Shown here: positions 1 to 12,189 of the stretch, in pieces
Numbering within the stretch: the stretch's first letter is position 1
How the letters are laid out: every line of letters starts with the position of its first letter
From: Oikopleura dioica
Lineage: Eukaryota; Animalia; Chordata
DNA length: 64,000 bases
Direction of reading: 5' to 3'
NCBI GenBank assembly: GCA_907165135.1
Contig: OU015568.1
Location: 5,704,001 to 5,768,000, forward strand
The notes under the pieces: generated by a model
Seen by the model: only the letters and a program-made list of their open reading frames with translations
What the model was told of the DNA's origin: nothing
The model's database searches: none
Made by a program: the position numbers and the translations under genes

Positions 1-23
1 CTTTTATTTATTTTTAGGTTAAT

Positions 24-128
24 GACACTGTTTGGGGTCATCTGAGGTCACTTGAGGTCATAAATCATATTTTCAAGTTTTTTTAATATCTTCACCTCAA
101 GTGACCTCAGATGACCTCAAACTGTGTC
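24..128. repeat. Short inverted-repeat element (MITE-like) whose arms carry AGGTCA direct repeats spaced by 4 nt
   Basis: gacactgtttggggtcatctgaggtcacttgaggtca (24-60) is mirrored by cacctcaagtgacctcagatgacctcaaactgtgtc (93-128). Confidence 0.6.
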
Positions 129-562
129 TTCAACCTCAAACATTAAAGAAAGACTGATAACAAGAGTTTTTGAAGCATCAGTGAAGGAAAATGCGTACTT
201 TTCCCAAAAGCACCTATTTTCGGCCGACTTCCCAACTTCGGAGGCATCTAGCGCCTCTGGAATGGGGGTATCAGTATTTTTCGACCTCAAAATGACCGTC
301 AGAGCCTAAGCTACAATTCTAGCATAGCCGCTGGCTCTAGAAAGCCAGTCCGGGCGGTCAAAAATTCAAATTTCCAAAGTTGGCCAGATTTTGGGACTTT
401 GGAGGCCCCTTAATGCCCTCAGGGTACGAGATGACCCCCTATTATCAATAGTCAAAATGATCCTTAGCTTCTGTGGATTCTAAAAAGGTATTATACTACC
501 ACCCTACTAAGCTAGAAAAAAAGCTCAATTATTAGTGATTTACCCTACTGATGACCCTAAAT

Positions 563-740
563 GAAAAGCCGCGCAGCGGCTTTTTTCAAAAACGAAGCCG
601 CGTAGCGGCTTCGCCAAATTGTCATTTCAACCTTTTCTTTAATACTTTGCGGCTTCGTTTTTGAAAAAGCCGCTTCGCGGCTTTTCATTTATCGTCTTCA
701 AAACCTGAGTCAGGTTTTAAACACAGGTTTCCGAGCGCGG
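563..740. mobile_element. Partial copy of the CTGGGCTC-TIR MITE family with internal AAGCCGC/GCGGCTT palindromes
   Basis: Right end cctgagtcaggttttaaacacaggtttccgagc matches the family TIR. The left TIR is not recognisable. Confidence 0.5.
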
Positions 741-779
741 ATCATCCATTTATTGCTAATTTTTCAATTTCTTATTCAG

Positions 780-987
780 GAGAATTGGCGAAAATGCGGC
801 AAAACGTAATGAAGCGTCAGGAAAATCTACAATCCTGCACTGACGAGACTGAAAAAATGAAGGAAAGTGCAAGTCAATTTCAAACAAATGCGAAGCAGCT
901 CAAAGAGAAGGTGAAAAACAGGAAGTTTTTTAAGATTTACTTACGTTCTATTTTCAGTTCAAGACAAAAAAATGGTTTCAGCTTTGA
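780..987 (+). CDS. STXBP5: Last two exons of a tomosyn-like protein (C-terminal R-SNARE-like motif)
   Basis: Exons 780-910 and 958-987 (47-nt GT-AG intron) give GELAKMRQNVMKRQENLQSCTDETEKMKESASQFQTNAKQLKEK|FKTKKWFQL*. This resembles the tomosyn tail (GELA..R.....ERG..L ... KYKDKKWYQF) and has no TM anchor, unlike VAMPs. Confidence 0.6.
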
Positions 988-1212
988 ATTCCTGGAATAA
1001 AATATTAAAACTAATAATCTATTGTAAATAAAAAACCACGAAGAAACATTTATATTTTTTGATGAATGTTTTACTAAATTTTTAATGGTAATACTTATAA
1101 GAGAAAAGCTAAGAATAGTTTCTTCTATTTTTTGTTTTTTTAGTTTTTCAGACGCAATAGTTCGCAGGAACTCCAAGAATAACAGGAAACGAACTTCTGT
1201 CGGCATTTCCAA

Positions 1213-2193
1213 CGACTCGTTGATTGATCAGTCGATTTCTGTCAAAATCCAGTCGTTCGATTGCATAAGGACTATCGTAGCCAGGGACGATGAAAATTGA
1301 ATTTTCCATCATAATTGCAGAAACAGCATAGCAAGCCTCAATTCAGATCAAAATCTTTGACAGCTTAAGAAACTAACGTGTTGAAGATTGCCGATTTTTC
1401 CCCAAATATCGTTTTCAAGAAGCCAAATTGCTTTTTGTCTTTCTGACACATCCCTTCCCCCGGCGAGCAAAAGACTTCCACTTGGAAGGCCCATCAGAGC
1501 ATGAAAATATGTTTGTCTTTAATAATAATAATAAATAAAGGATTTTTTTTCAATACCTCTTCGGGAAATCGGGTAAACTTGTCCATCCCGAAGAACCAAG
1601 GGTCTCGACTTTATTACTTTCATGACCGTAAGAATCTCCAACAGTAGTCGGCTTTCCTTTATAGAGACCGAGGTTTCCTCCCCAATGACCATAATTTGAA
1701 GAGAAAGTTTCGCTTGAAAATTCTCCATCAAAATCGTCACATCTGTTGTAATCGAAGACATCAAAGCAAATTATTGCTTTTTGTCCATCATCGACTGAAA
1801 GCGCTGCAGAGCCCATCGAGAATCTATTGATCAATCGAGTTTGCTGTACTGTCCAAGTGCAGCCTTCCAGTTTCGCGATCTAGACTCAATTATTCTCAAA
1901 ATTCTACATTTTCTTACTTTTTGTGAATCCGGCCATCCTGCAAAAATGAAAAGCTCATTTTTGACAAGAGCATGTGGAGCGTATAAAAGATAGTCATAGC
2001 TCGGAGCCTCGATTACCACGTTTCTTCTTGTTTTTCCATCGTTAGTCATCAAAAATGCTTTTTCTAAGTCCTTGCTCATAACCAAAATTCCCTTTCCAGA
2101 AAAAAAATATAAATTCTTGATTTCTGCGCGATCATCAAACTTGAACATCCGCATCTTTTTAGTCTTCAAATTTTGAAGACCGCTCATTTTCAT
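1213..2193 (-). CDS. Multi-exon kelch/beta-propeller-like protein segment (lineage-specific family), copy 1
   Basis: ORFs 1831-2193 and 1550-1834 (HALVKNELFIFAG; CFDVFDYNRCDDFDGE; KVETLGSSGWTSLPDFP) are near-paralogous to 15640-16596. Exon boundaries are approximate. Confidence 0.55.
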
Positions 2194-2267
2194 TTTCGAT
2201 AAGTATCTGTTTTTATTTTGATTCTTTTTCTGGTTGAGTTTTTGTCAAAAAGGTGAAGCATTTATTT

Positions 2268-3120
2268 TTAATTTAACCTCTCCTCGGTTATTTCTAAAGA
2301 AGTTCCCGTTGAACTCGATGATTTGAAACGTAACTTTAATTTCGACAATCGATTGATTTTCGTCGCCAAAAATGAGCGAATTTCAGAATAATCGGAATCA
2401 ATCCAAAGAGAATAATTTGAAGAAATTCCGAAACTCAGAAAAGTCGATCCTTCAAAAAAACTCAATTCAAGTATTTTAATTTCTTCAAAAATGGGCGATT
2501 TCTCTGAAGAGACCATTTCGAATTCGAATTTTTCTGTTCCATTGAATTTCATCTCGAATGTAGAAATGTGATTCAATTCTGCGAGAGAAGTAAAGAATTT
2601 ATCCGGAATGATCGTTGACTGCCCGAAACTAGGTGGGAATCGCGGCTGAGCGACGGCGTTCTTGGCAAAAGCTGGAAATACATCGTCGTGAAACGCAAAA
2701 AATGGATTGCTCGTGACGAACATTTGTTTGTTTGCTGGTTGCAGGACGAACTCGATTTCGAGAAGGTCTTTCAAAAGAATTTAAAATTAGATTGAGATTT
2801 TCAAATTTGAAAAAATAAATCCTTTCCTAAATCGTAATTGACTTCGAACGAAAAATCGAAAACGTAATTTTGAATGAAAATTTTCTCGTCGTTGATGATC
2901 CCGTTTCCAAAGTATTCACATTCGTCATTGTAAAAGCCCCATCGATCTGTGTACCAGCCATCTTTGGCAAATAACTTCGAATAACAAATAGTTTTCTCTT
3001 CGTATTTATCAAGCGAGCCGATCCACTCGCGGCCAAGAGTCAGGAATTTGCCTTCTGCCTCCAGCAGCACCGAGTAAAGAGTGTTTGAGAGATCGATACT
3101 TCTTGTTACCAGAATCAGAA
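2268..3120 (-). CDS. Uncharacterised coding segment, paralog of 16656-17449 plus 19143-19310
   Basis: ORFs 2268-2774 and 2801-3070 are conserved at protein level with the second copy (FVTSNPxFAFHDDVFPAFAKNAVAQPRFPPSFGQSTIIPDKFF). Confidence 0.5.
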
Positions 3121-3189
3121 GAAGTCTATCCAGGTCGATCTAATATCGGTTAAAAAAGAAATCCAAATCATAGTCAATGATCACAAATT

Positions 3190-3519
3190 TTAACTCGTTC
3201 CAGAGGGACCACGTGTAGAAGATCGAGATCTTTCAGCTCTGCCGAAACTCCGAATTCGCCTTTTTTTCCAGCCTTTCTCCGACTCCTCGCGCTTTCTTAT
3301 TCTGTTCAAAGCGATTGTTGTCGACAACTTGATGAAATGATCTCCCAGCTTGACGCTCATCAAGTGAAAAACTCCTTTGAAGCTGATCGATGAAACTTTG
3401 CCGTTTATGTGATTGCTGGGAATGTAACCTTGTGCCTCTTCGAATCGCCTCGCATTGTAATCGGGGGCGTAGTAGTAGCATTTGTCTTCTTTGCCAGTTG
3501 GTCGACTTTTAAGGGTCAA
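3190..3519 (-). CDS. Divergent SH3-like coding segment, copy 1
   Basis: YYAPDYNARRFEEAQGYIPSNHI and EKGWKK resemble the SH3 motifs DY, GW and GxxPSNY. The paralog is at 19320-19664. Confidence 0.35.
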   Translation of the reverse strand: MTLKSRPTGKEDKCYYYAPDYNARRFEEAQGYIPSNHINGKVSSISFKGVFHLMSVKLGDHFIKLSTTIALNRIRKREESEKGWKKRRIRSFGRAERSRSSTRGPSGTS

Positions 3520-3709
3520 AAATTGTTTTTTTACCGATAAAAATCATTCTTTTCGACCCTTTTCAGATAACGACGACCGGAAAGACTTTTGTTTCTTTTT
3601 CTTTATTGCGAATTTCAATTTGATGAGTCCCGATCGAAGAGCCGTAATGAAAGACAAAAAAGCCACTGTAAAATTAACTAATGAAATTCACGAACATTTA
3701 CTTACATTT

Positions 3710-4830
3710 TTTTGTGTCGATAACGAATCAAATCTGTCGAACAACCATTTTCTTTAACTATAAGCAGGTTCCCTCCTGCATCAACCAAATAATGCTCGCC
3801 ATTAAGAAAAGTCGCGCCTATTGACTTTTGCTGTTTTATTCAATTTTATACAATTATTTCCCGGAAAAAAAATTCCCCCGCGAGCAGCACAGGGGGTGCT
3901 CTGACCGAGACGCATAGGGTTTATAGAGAAGAAAAACATTCATGGGAAAAGAAATTTCCTGGAAGAGTCAAATTCTTCAAATTTATAGCAGTTGATTCGT
4001 TCGTCGCCCGGAAACTCGACAAAATAACCGGATATTCTTTGTAAAACGTTTCGCGAACGTATAGTCTCTTTGTAATCAGTTCTCTTCCATTTTGGACTTA
4101 AAAGGTGGGCATAAGGTGCGCACGGTTATTATCCTGCGTAACAAATATGTCAACTTTCCTTCAGTCTTATTGGCATTCTTCAAATCCCAAACGGGAACAA
4201 GCGTTTGCTCATTAACGACCTTCTCACACTGATAAAAAGGGCATGGACATCCTCCTTGGCAATATTTCTCGAAAGGGCAGACTTCTCCGGCAAAGTTGTG
4301 TGATCTTGTCAATTGAACGCAGATTTTATCGCAACGCGAAGCAGTTGTATTCCTTGTTGATTTCAAAACGAGAGTTTCCGAACAAAGATGGCGGCAAACG
4401 AATCGGTCTTTTTTTATGTTTTAGAAAAGAACAGAAACTAAAGGAGTTATTTTGAAAAACATGGCATAGAACTTTTGTTTTTTGCATCGCACTTGATTGA
4501 CTTCGTTTTCTTTGTCTGTGAATGTAAGAGGTGGCTCTATTGCTCTTTCCTCAATTTCGATTGCAGCCGGTTGAATGAAATTGCCAGTTCCGATGCATTC
4601 ATGAAGCAAGTGCGCGCAGTAATCCAAATCGTTCGTAACAGTGCAGTTTTTGAAGCCAGCTTGGCAAACGTTCGTCAAATAAGTTGGTTGAATGCGAGCT
4701 GCAAGCATCGAATAGTAATTCGCTGAAATACTCTAAAACTGAGCTTGATCGGATCTGAATACTTATTCCGACGACGGTGCCCCAGAAAATGCAGCCGAAC
4801 AACATGTAAACGGCGAATTGAGGCATCGTT
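3710..4830 (-). CDS. Cys-rich probable type II membrane protein (CPxxxxCxxGCPCxxYxC family), copy 1
   Basis: Hydrophobic segment FAVYMLFGCIFWGTVVGISI is followed by CDKICVQL...GEVCPFEKYCQGGCPCPFYQCEK. The same motif occurs at 20066-20965 and 61821-62432. Confidence 0.55.
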
Positions 4831-5161
4831 GCGTTGCCGCTGAAGAAGATAAATGATAATCAACGATAAGGTTCTGTTCTTCTTGCGAAAAAAATTCAGG
4901 TAGTAATGGGTTCTCATTCGAGCTGCCCCTTACCCTAAACCTAACCCAGGTGGCTTCGCCCCCGGACCCTCCCCCTGGAAAGAGTTCCGAGTCCCTTTCC
5001 TTCACCAATAGGCTATTGGCAATAGCCCAGATTCTAGAGATATTGGATGGCTCAAATCATAGCGTCGAATGATAGCCCCTCTCTAAGAAGTTCCACCCTG
5101 TGACCATATATCCGATCGTCAAATACTACTTCCTCAAAAAAAAATTCATGTTCACCAGTAC

Positions 5162-5962
5162 TTACTGGAGCGAAAAGCGTTTTTTCGATTTCCAGAAGTT
5201 GTCCTTCTCAAACTCGTCAGAAAAGAAGCCCGTGAATCGTTCAGGAACATCCTTCGCCGGCGTTTTCGTTTTTTCCTTTTCAAGTCGCTCCATCATTTTT
5301 ACAAGCTCGAATTTCTTTTCGCCCTTCGTATTTTTGATCCCACTGGCGAATTTTGTTCTGAGTTTTCGGAAACTTTTAATCGATCTCTGTAGAAATCCGT
5401 CGTTCTCTCCGTCCTCTTCGTTGTCTTCAACTTGATTGAAACCTTCCACGAATTTCTTCGCCTTATTATTGGCTATCTTGACAGTCGGCTTGACTTTCTT
5501 TATATTCGGCATCAAAATGCCCCCGCCAAGCTCGAGCAGCGTTTTTTTCACCTTGTTCGGAAAAAGGACGATTCCGTCGATCGTTTTCATCACCGTTCCA
5601 ACAGCGTGGCATTCAAGGCATCTTACATTAGCCAACTCATTCGATTTCGGGCCTTTTTGGACGGTAGTTTCTTTCATCGGACTTTTTTGGATCCTTACGG
5701 GAATACGACTTTTGGACCTTTTCGCCTCAGTTGGCAAAGGGTCATTTTCGCTCTTCATTTGGTCATCTTTTTGCCGCTTTCGTGGCGAATCACTGCTCAA
5801 CGGTCGAAGTTTCTCTTCATTCGCAGTTTTCTTTTTCTGCCGACATTTCGGTTCCTTAATTTTCTGCGGAGGCGTCTCTTCAACGGGGCGAATCTCTTCC
5901 TCGATTCTCGATTTCATTTCGAAAATCGAATCAAAGTCGACTCTGAAAGTAAACAAAATCAA
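5162..5962 (-). CDS. Uncharacterised Lys/Glu-rich protein (266-aa ORF)
   Basis: Long ORF with protein-like composition and a CxxCH motif. No family recognised. Confidence 0.45.
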   Translation of the reverse strand: MILFTFRVDFDSIFEMKSRIEEEIRPVEETPPQKIKEPKCRQKKKTANEEKLRPLSSDSPRKRQKDDQMKSENDPLPTEAKRSKSRIPVRIQKSPMKETTVQKGPKSNELANVRCLECHAVGTVMKTIDGIVLFPNKVKKTLLELGGGILMPNIKKVKPTVKIANNKAKKFVEGFNQVEDNEEDGENDGFLQRSIKSFRKLRTKFASGIKNTKGEKKFELVKMMERLEKEKTKTPAKDVPERFTGFFSDEFEKDNFWKSKKRFSLQ

Positions 5963-6260
5963 CTCCCGCCGCTTGTTTAATAGTCTTTTTTAATCCTCGG
6001 AAGAGCTCCCCTAGTCGGTGTTATTGAGCAAGAGAACTCTGGTTGGGATTATTTGACTCTGGCTTGGCATTCACGTCATTGCCAAAGCGTAGATCCAAAT
6101 CTGACGGATTATTTCTGCTCTTTCGGGGATGAAAATAGAGAATTTGAAAGATGAAAAAACTTTCTTTCGATATTTTATGTTTTCTGAAGCAGATAAAAAA
6201 CCTTGATAATAATAGATTACGCACTTCTTTCTTTTGTCTAATCGTAAATTAAGATCAATT

Positions 6261-6495
6261 TGTAGTGTCTTTACATAAGAGCTACTGAACATCAATGCTA
6301 ACTCAAGTGCTACTCAAGTGTTGATCACTGCCCGAGTGAACCGATCACTGCGCGAGTAACTCCTTCACTGTTTTTCTGTTAACAATATATATACTGTCTT
6401 TCTTTCAGCGAAATTAAGACCGCTCGACATTCACAAATAAATAAACTTTTTACACTCACAAGCCTCTTTTGTAGTCTCTTTGCAAAAGCACTACA
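6261..6495 (+). repeat. 5' LTR
   Basis: Direct repeat of 13031-13265 with TG...CA termini and an internal AATAAA. Confidence 0.97.
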
Positions 6496-6498
6496 AAT

Positions 6499-6509
6499 TG
6501 GTGACTGAG
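6499..6509 (+). promoter_or_regulatory. Primer binding site (TGGTGACTGAG), possibly tRNA-Trp type
   Basis: TGG starts 3 nt after the LTR. TGGTGAC is complementary to the ...GUCACCA end typical of tRNA-Trp; the host tRNA sequence was not checked. Confidence 0.6.
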
Positions 6510-6676
6510 TTCTTTACGAAACCCACCCGAAAAACACGTACTACCGAGAGATTAAACCTAGAGAATTGCCGTCTTCACACCAATCAACATCCTGCTCCAC
6601 GATGAAAATCATTGATAAGGAAAAGGCTTAAAAACTCATTGAAGAAAAATGGGTTCCCCTCGCTCTAGATGCTGAA

Positions 6677-8130
6677 ATGATCGACGCTAACCTGAAAACC
6701 GAGCTCAGCGAGCTTGTCAAAAAAGATTCAACTCTTGTTAAACGAACAGACAGGAATCCGTTACGTCGACTCGGTACTGAAAAAGCGATCTTCATTTTCA
6801 AGAATCCTACAGTAGACTTTCTTTCAATGAATAAAACCCAGCAAAATGCTTACTCAGAAGAAGCCAAAAACTTTCTCGAGTCTGAGGGCGATGGAATGAT
6901 CTTCTCCGTTGAAAGAGAAAGACCAGCTACTGTCAGAATAATCAAGAAGGAAGAAAATCTTGAAAATCAAGAGACACCAGAAGACTCCAAAAATCAAACA
7001 ATTTCTGAAGTCTCGAAGCTTGTTGATGAGGGAAAAATTTCCATGACCGAGCTGGAAGTTCTATTGACAGCTTTTCGGGAACAAAACGCTCAGGATAACC
7101 ACGCTCAGTCAACTGCAGTGAAAGAAGAAGCAGTACCACAAACGTCTCAAACTGTCGATAATCTTACTGCTGAAATCACAAACATCCAGGAACTTGTCGA
7201 CACAGGAAAAATAAGTCCAGAAGAAATAAGACTTCTTCTCGGTGCTTTCCGCGAACCAGAAGCTACAAAAACCAGATCAGCATCCGAACCAAGAAAAATT
7301 CTTCCAAAGAATACCCAAAAGTCTCCTACAAGAAGAACCCCAAACGTCAAAGTGAAAAGCCCGAAATTCGATGCAAGCCTTCCTGTTTCTGCATGGATTC
7401 GAAATATGGAAATCTACGGAAAAATATCGTCCCTAGATGATGAATCCCTGATCACAGTTGCTCTAAGCAGCCTACTTTCAGAAGAAGAGGGAAGTCACAT
7501 AATCGAATCACTCACAAACGACGAGCTCTGCAAATGGACGCTTTTCAAAAACAAACTTCTTGATACTCTTGGAAAAAGACGTGACCATGACAAGCATGAA
7601 TTTGAAAACTACATGCGTGGATCAGATTCGTTCGGAGTCTGTATGGCAAAATTGTCCTCTTACTACAAACAAGGTTACGATATAACAGAGCAGCGCCGCA
7701 CAGATCAAGAGCTTCTCATTGAACGATTCTGCAAGGCACAAGATGACAAGCTTCAAGAGCTCCTGCTGCGAGAAAAAGGATCTCTGAATATGCAAAGTAT
7801 TGTACGCCGAGCAAACGAGCTTGAACGATCGCAGAAAACAAAAACAAAGGAAGTCAACTTTGCAATCCCTCAAGTTGCAGCACATGAGAATCTTGAGAAG
7901 AAAATCGAGAATTTGACTGAAATCGTGCAGAAAATGGTAAAAGCTGATGCTGAGCGCAAGAAAAACAGCAAGCTCCGAAAAAGCGACAACCAATTGACCA
8001 AGAAAAGACACAAGGTTACTGCATGAAATTTATCCGCGACGGAAAATGCTCGTATGGAGCAACATGCAAATATATCCATGATTCTGACAACACGCCATTT
8101 GATGTTAAGGAATACGCTAAGACATTGTGA
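6677..8130 (+). CDS. gag: Gag with C-terminal CCCH zinc finger (one -1 break near 7957)
   Basis: ORF 6677-8026 has capsid-like motifs (FDASLPVSAWIRNME; GVCMAKLSSYY). The -1 frame continues QGYCMKFIRDGKCSYGATCKYIH to TGA at 8128-8130. An upstream in-frame ATG at 6602 is cut off by TAA at 6629. Confidence 0.85.
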
Positions 8131-11100
8131 CTAGGAATTGAACTAACATGCCCTAACTACCTATCTTGTCCAAAGTCACTTAAATTTGTCAATGTCACGA
8201 TCAGCAACTACACCGTCCCTGCCCTTGTGGATTCTGCCTGTTCCCGGACATGTATCGACTCTTCTTTACCGTTCATAGGAAAAACAACAAAATCAAAACT
8301 TCAAGTCTATTGCGCAAACAACCAGATCATAACTCCAGATGTTCTCTCTACGCCGCTTTTTATGGAAATTAAAACAATGGATGGTCCTCTACACCTGAAA
8401 ACACAACCGCTTATCATCAAACACTTATGTGTCCCAATCATACTTGGACTGGACCACCTTCATGATCTACAAATCAGCGCAGACAACGACTTCATACTCA
8501 TTAATCAAAAACGAATCAAAATTGTACATCCTGATCTCAACAAAAATTCAAACATCAAAGTCAACGCCCTAAACGCAATTGTAGAAATCGACCTTGATGA
8601 TAAAAACGAAAAAAAATCTTTAGAAAAATTCCAAAAACTTCGTAGTCAAAAAGCAGCCAAAATCAATTTCCAGCCAGAAATTGGTTCATATGGACAGACA
8701 ACCGAAGACCAAAAACAAAAACTTTTCGCCCTTAATTGTAAATATCGCCTTTCATATTCAATGGATGACTCTGACCTTGGCAAAATCCATGGATATCGAT
8801 TCTCTATGCCATTTCATAATGAGGAAGCAACAACTCATCAACCGCCGCGCCCTATTGCTATTCATCTACAACCCGTAGTTGACTCTCAATTCGAAGTTTG
8901 GGAATCACTCGATGTTATTGGAGAAACGCAATCACCGAATAACGTGCCTTTGCTGGTTCTCAAGAAAGCTGACGGAAGTCACCGAGTCTCAGCTGATGCC
9001 CGAAACCTGAACGCCTTACTAGTCAAGGACAGGTTCCCACTACCATCTATGCAACAAATTTTCTACGAAATCGGTAAACGTCTTTCCAACAAAAACTCCT
9101 GTTTCATCTCAAACTTCGACTTACACCGAGGTTACTGGCAACTTCAAACACTCGAAAAAGATCGTCCAAAAATGGCGTTCTCCCATAGCAACAAACACTA
9201 TGCAGCGCATAGAATGCTTTATGGAGTAGCCACTGGACCTGCAGCATTTTCCAGATGCATGGCCAAAATCCTTAATCATGAGTCTATTATATGCTATCTT
9301 GATGACATTATTGCGATTGATGGAGATTTCGAAAGCCATTTTGCGACAATCGAATTCATCTTAAAGACATGCCAAGATCATGGAATGCTTCTCTCGCCAA
9401 AGAAAGTCTTCTTGTGCAAACCAGAACTCAATTTTCTTGGACACTCAATCTCTAAAAATGGAATCCAGACAAGCGAAAAACATTTGAAAGTCATACGAGA
9501 TCTGGAACCGCCCAAAACCGTGACGAAGTAAAGCGAATGTTAGGCTCAATAAATTACAACCTAAAATTCGTACGAAACGGCTCTTCTATTCTCCAGCCGC
9601 TGTATGAACTCACTTCTAAAAATCGCGATTTCATCTGGGAAGAAAAACACCAAACTGCATTCACCGACATCAAAAAGAAACTTCTTGAACGACCCTGCTT
9701 AGCCCATTATAAAGAAGGATCCGAACTTATCCTTGTTACCGACAGCTCAGGATCGAAAATTGGCGGCTGCCTATACCAAAAAGAAGATGATCAGCTTCAC
9801 CCGCTTGGATACTTTTCGAAAGCTCTTTCAGGACCTGATCTCCGACGAAGTATGCGAGAAAAAGAACTTTTCGCACTTGGTTTATCAATCAGTTTCTTCG
9901 AATTCTACCTATTGAACACGACTTTCACAGCTGTGGTAGACCATAAGAGTCTCCTCTTTCTATTCAAGGAGCAAGGAGAATTGAAGAAGAATGATATAAA
10001 AAAGATGAATATCTTAAACTATCTCCTTCGATTCGATTTTCGAATTCTACATCGGGAAGGAAACTCACCAATAATAGCAACTGCAGATTGGCTAAGTCGT
10101 CTTCCTGAATACAAAAGCACTGAACTCGAAAAAGATGCTGAAAACTTTGATGGAATCCCGGACACTGTCCTGCTGCTACATACAGTTGTTCCAGAAAGCA
10201 AAAAGAAGATTATTTTTTCGTTCAGCGACAGATCCTTCGACGAGGATAAAATGAATACTCTTCAAATGGAATGCAGATCTACGCGTAACATTATCGAAAA
10301 AGTGAAACGGAATCCAACACCTCCTTTTAAAATCAAAAAGAATGTTCTCTTCAAAGATGATCGGCTTGTGCTACCAAATAATCTCAGTGAAGAATTCTTA
10401 CAGTACTTACACTGTATCACAGGACACTGTGGATCAAAACAACTAAACATCCTCTGCAGAAAATTCTACATCCACCAAATCCAGCACAAACTCGCCAACT
10501 CACTCGATTTTGCCCAACATGTATCCAGATAAAACCAATGCCGAAGTTGAAACCTTCAATGATCGAAAATCGACGTTTCGCAGAAACACCGTTTTCAAAA
10601 ACTCACTTCGATCTTGTTGACTACTACAGGCCTGACGCTGCTGGAAAAAGATACCTACTTACTGCAATGGACTCACTCACAGGATTCCTCGATGGTATAC
10701 CCTTAACTCGAAAAACTGACGAAGTCGTCGCGAAACAACTCCTCAATCTTATACTGACGCATGGTATTACCGGCGATGCAATTACAGACAACGGAGCCGA
10801 GCTAAATGGACCACTTGTCACAGAAATCTTCAAACGCTTTGAAATCCGTCATACAACAACTACAGCTTATCGAAGCCAAAGTAATGGTCAACTCGAGCGA
10901 GTTCACCGGGAAATACACCTGAAGCTCAAAAGCTTGAATGCTTCAAACAAAAACTGGTCCTCAGCGTGGCCAATGAGCAAATACTTTATCAATAACCTTC
11001 CAAAAGAATCTTTGGATGGACTCAGCGCAAATGAAGCCTACTATGGAAGAAGTTTTCATCCACCATTCCAGACAAATTTCGACGCAAAAGGCCCTGGAAA

Positions 11101-11629
11101 ACCCTGGATAAAATCAATTGAAAGCTACTTCAGAGAGCTCCACCCTTCGATTCTAGCGCACCAAATTGCAAAGCACCGCAAACTTGTCGCCACCGACAAA
11201 AACAGCTGCCCTACCCTTAAAATTGGTCAAAAATGTTTGATCTGGAAACCTGCTCTAGGCAAACTCAGCAGAGTTTGGCACGGTCCTTATACGATCCATA
11301 AACGCATAGCAAAGGACTCGTACATTGTCAAGGACATTCATACAGGACGCGAATACAGAAGGCACATCAATCTGATTCGGCCTTGTAAAATTATAGAGCT
11401 TAATGAAAACGACCATGATGACACCAAAAACAGTAAAATCGAGAAAGCACACTCGACGAATGGAACTGTAACACAAATGGAAACCAACAATCTTCCAGCT
11501 AAACAACCAATCAAAAGATCGCAAAATTGTTTTGATAAAATTCTGTCAACCGAGACAATAATCAACTCCGACAACGAAAATGAAAATTCTTGGTCGAAAC
11601 GGCTTCGACCGAGAAAACGCCAAAAATAA
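8131..11629 (+). CDS. pol: Pol polyprotein (protease, RT, RNase H, integrase) with two -1 breaks (~9522, ~10500)
   Basis: Protease ALVDSAC; RT FDLHRGYWQ and CYLDD; RNase H LVTDSS and VVDHKSL; integrase HHCC (H-x4-H...CPTC after frame repair), D..D(ITDNGAEL)..E(LERVH), and GPY motif. Confidence 0.95.
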
Positions 11630-12189
11630 AAAGGGAAAGGAAGGACCTCTTAAATCCCTGTGCAAAAATCCAGCTATGAAAAACCTGGTTGCCAATACAT
11701 AAAAGCCCATTGGACGTCCGACTTGCAAATATCCAAATGGTAGCTCATGGAGAAGGGACCTCCGAAATTGCCAATCGTCAAAACCCCATTGGATAAAATC
11801 ACAACTGCAACAACAAGTCAATATGGCCAGTCTTCGAAATGAACCTCTTTTCCGGAATTTCTCAAAATGTTCAACGGCGCCATTCGAGCTTTTGAGAAAT
11901 CTGGTTAAAATCAGTTCGAGCACGACTGTGGAACAATAAACTGCTAACGTTCCAATTGGCACTAACTGCAAACACCGAAGGAATACCGCTTATTCCTTGA
12001 AAAACGCGCGCCCATCTCAAGTGCACTTGCGCACTGTCGGAAACGAAGCCGCTCATCAAGCTGCTCATCGTATACAACAATTACAGTTAAACAAAAGAAG
12101 GCTACTACTCATGATACTTGACAAGGAAAAAGTGTTCCATATCAGAATGTGGCAGATGAAGTTTTTAAAAAACAAGCTAAGGAGAGAAA

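Noticed and set aside
5432-5993. Two plus-strand 182-185-aa ORFs
   Set aside because: They are Phe/Ser-rich antisense shadows of the Lys/Glu-rich minus-strand ORF 5162-5962.
9515-10510. Programmed ribosomal frameshifts inside pol
   Set aside because: There are no slippery heptamers. The breaks fall within conserved RT and integrase motifs and are repaired by one base, so error or mutation is more likely.
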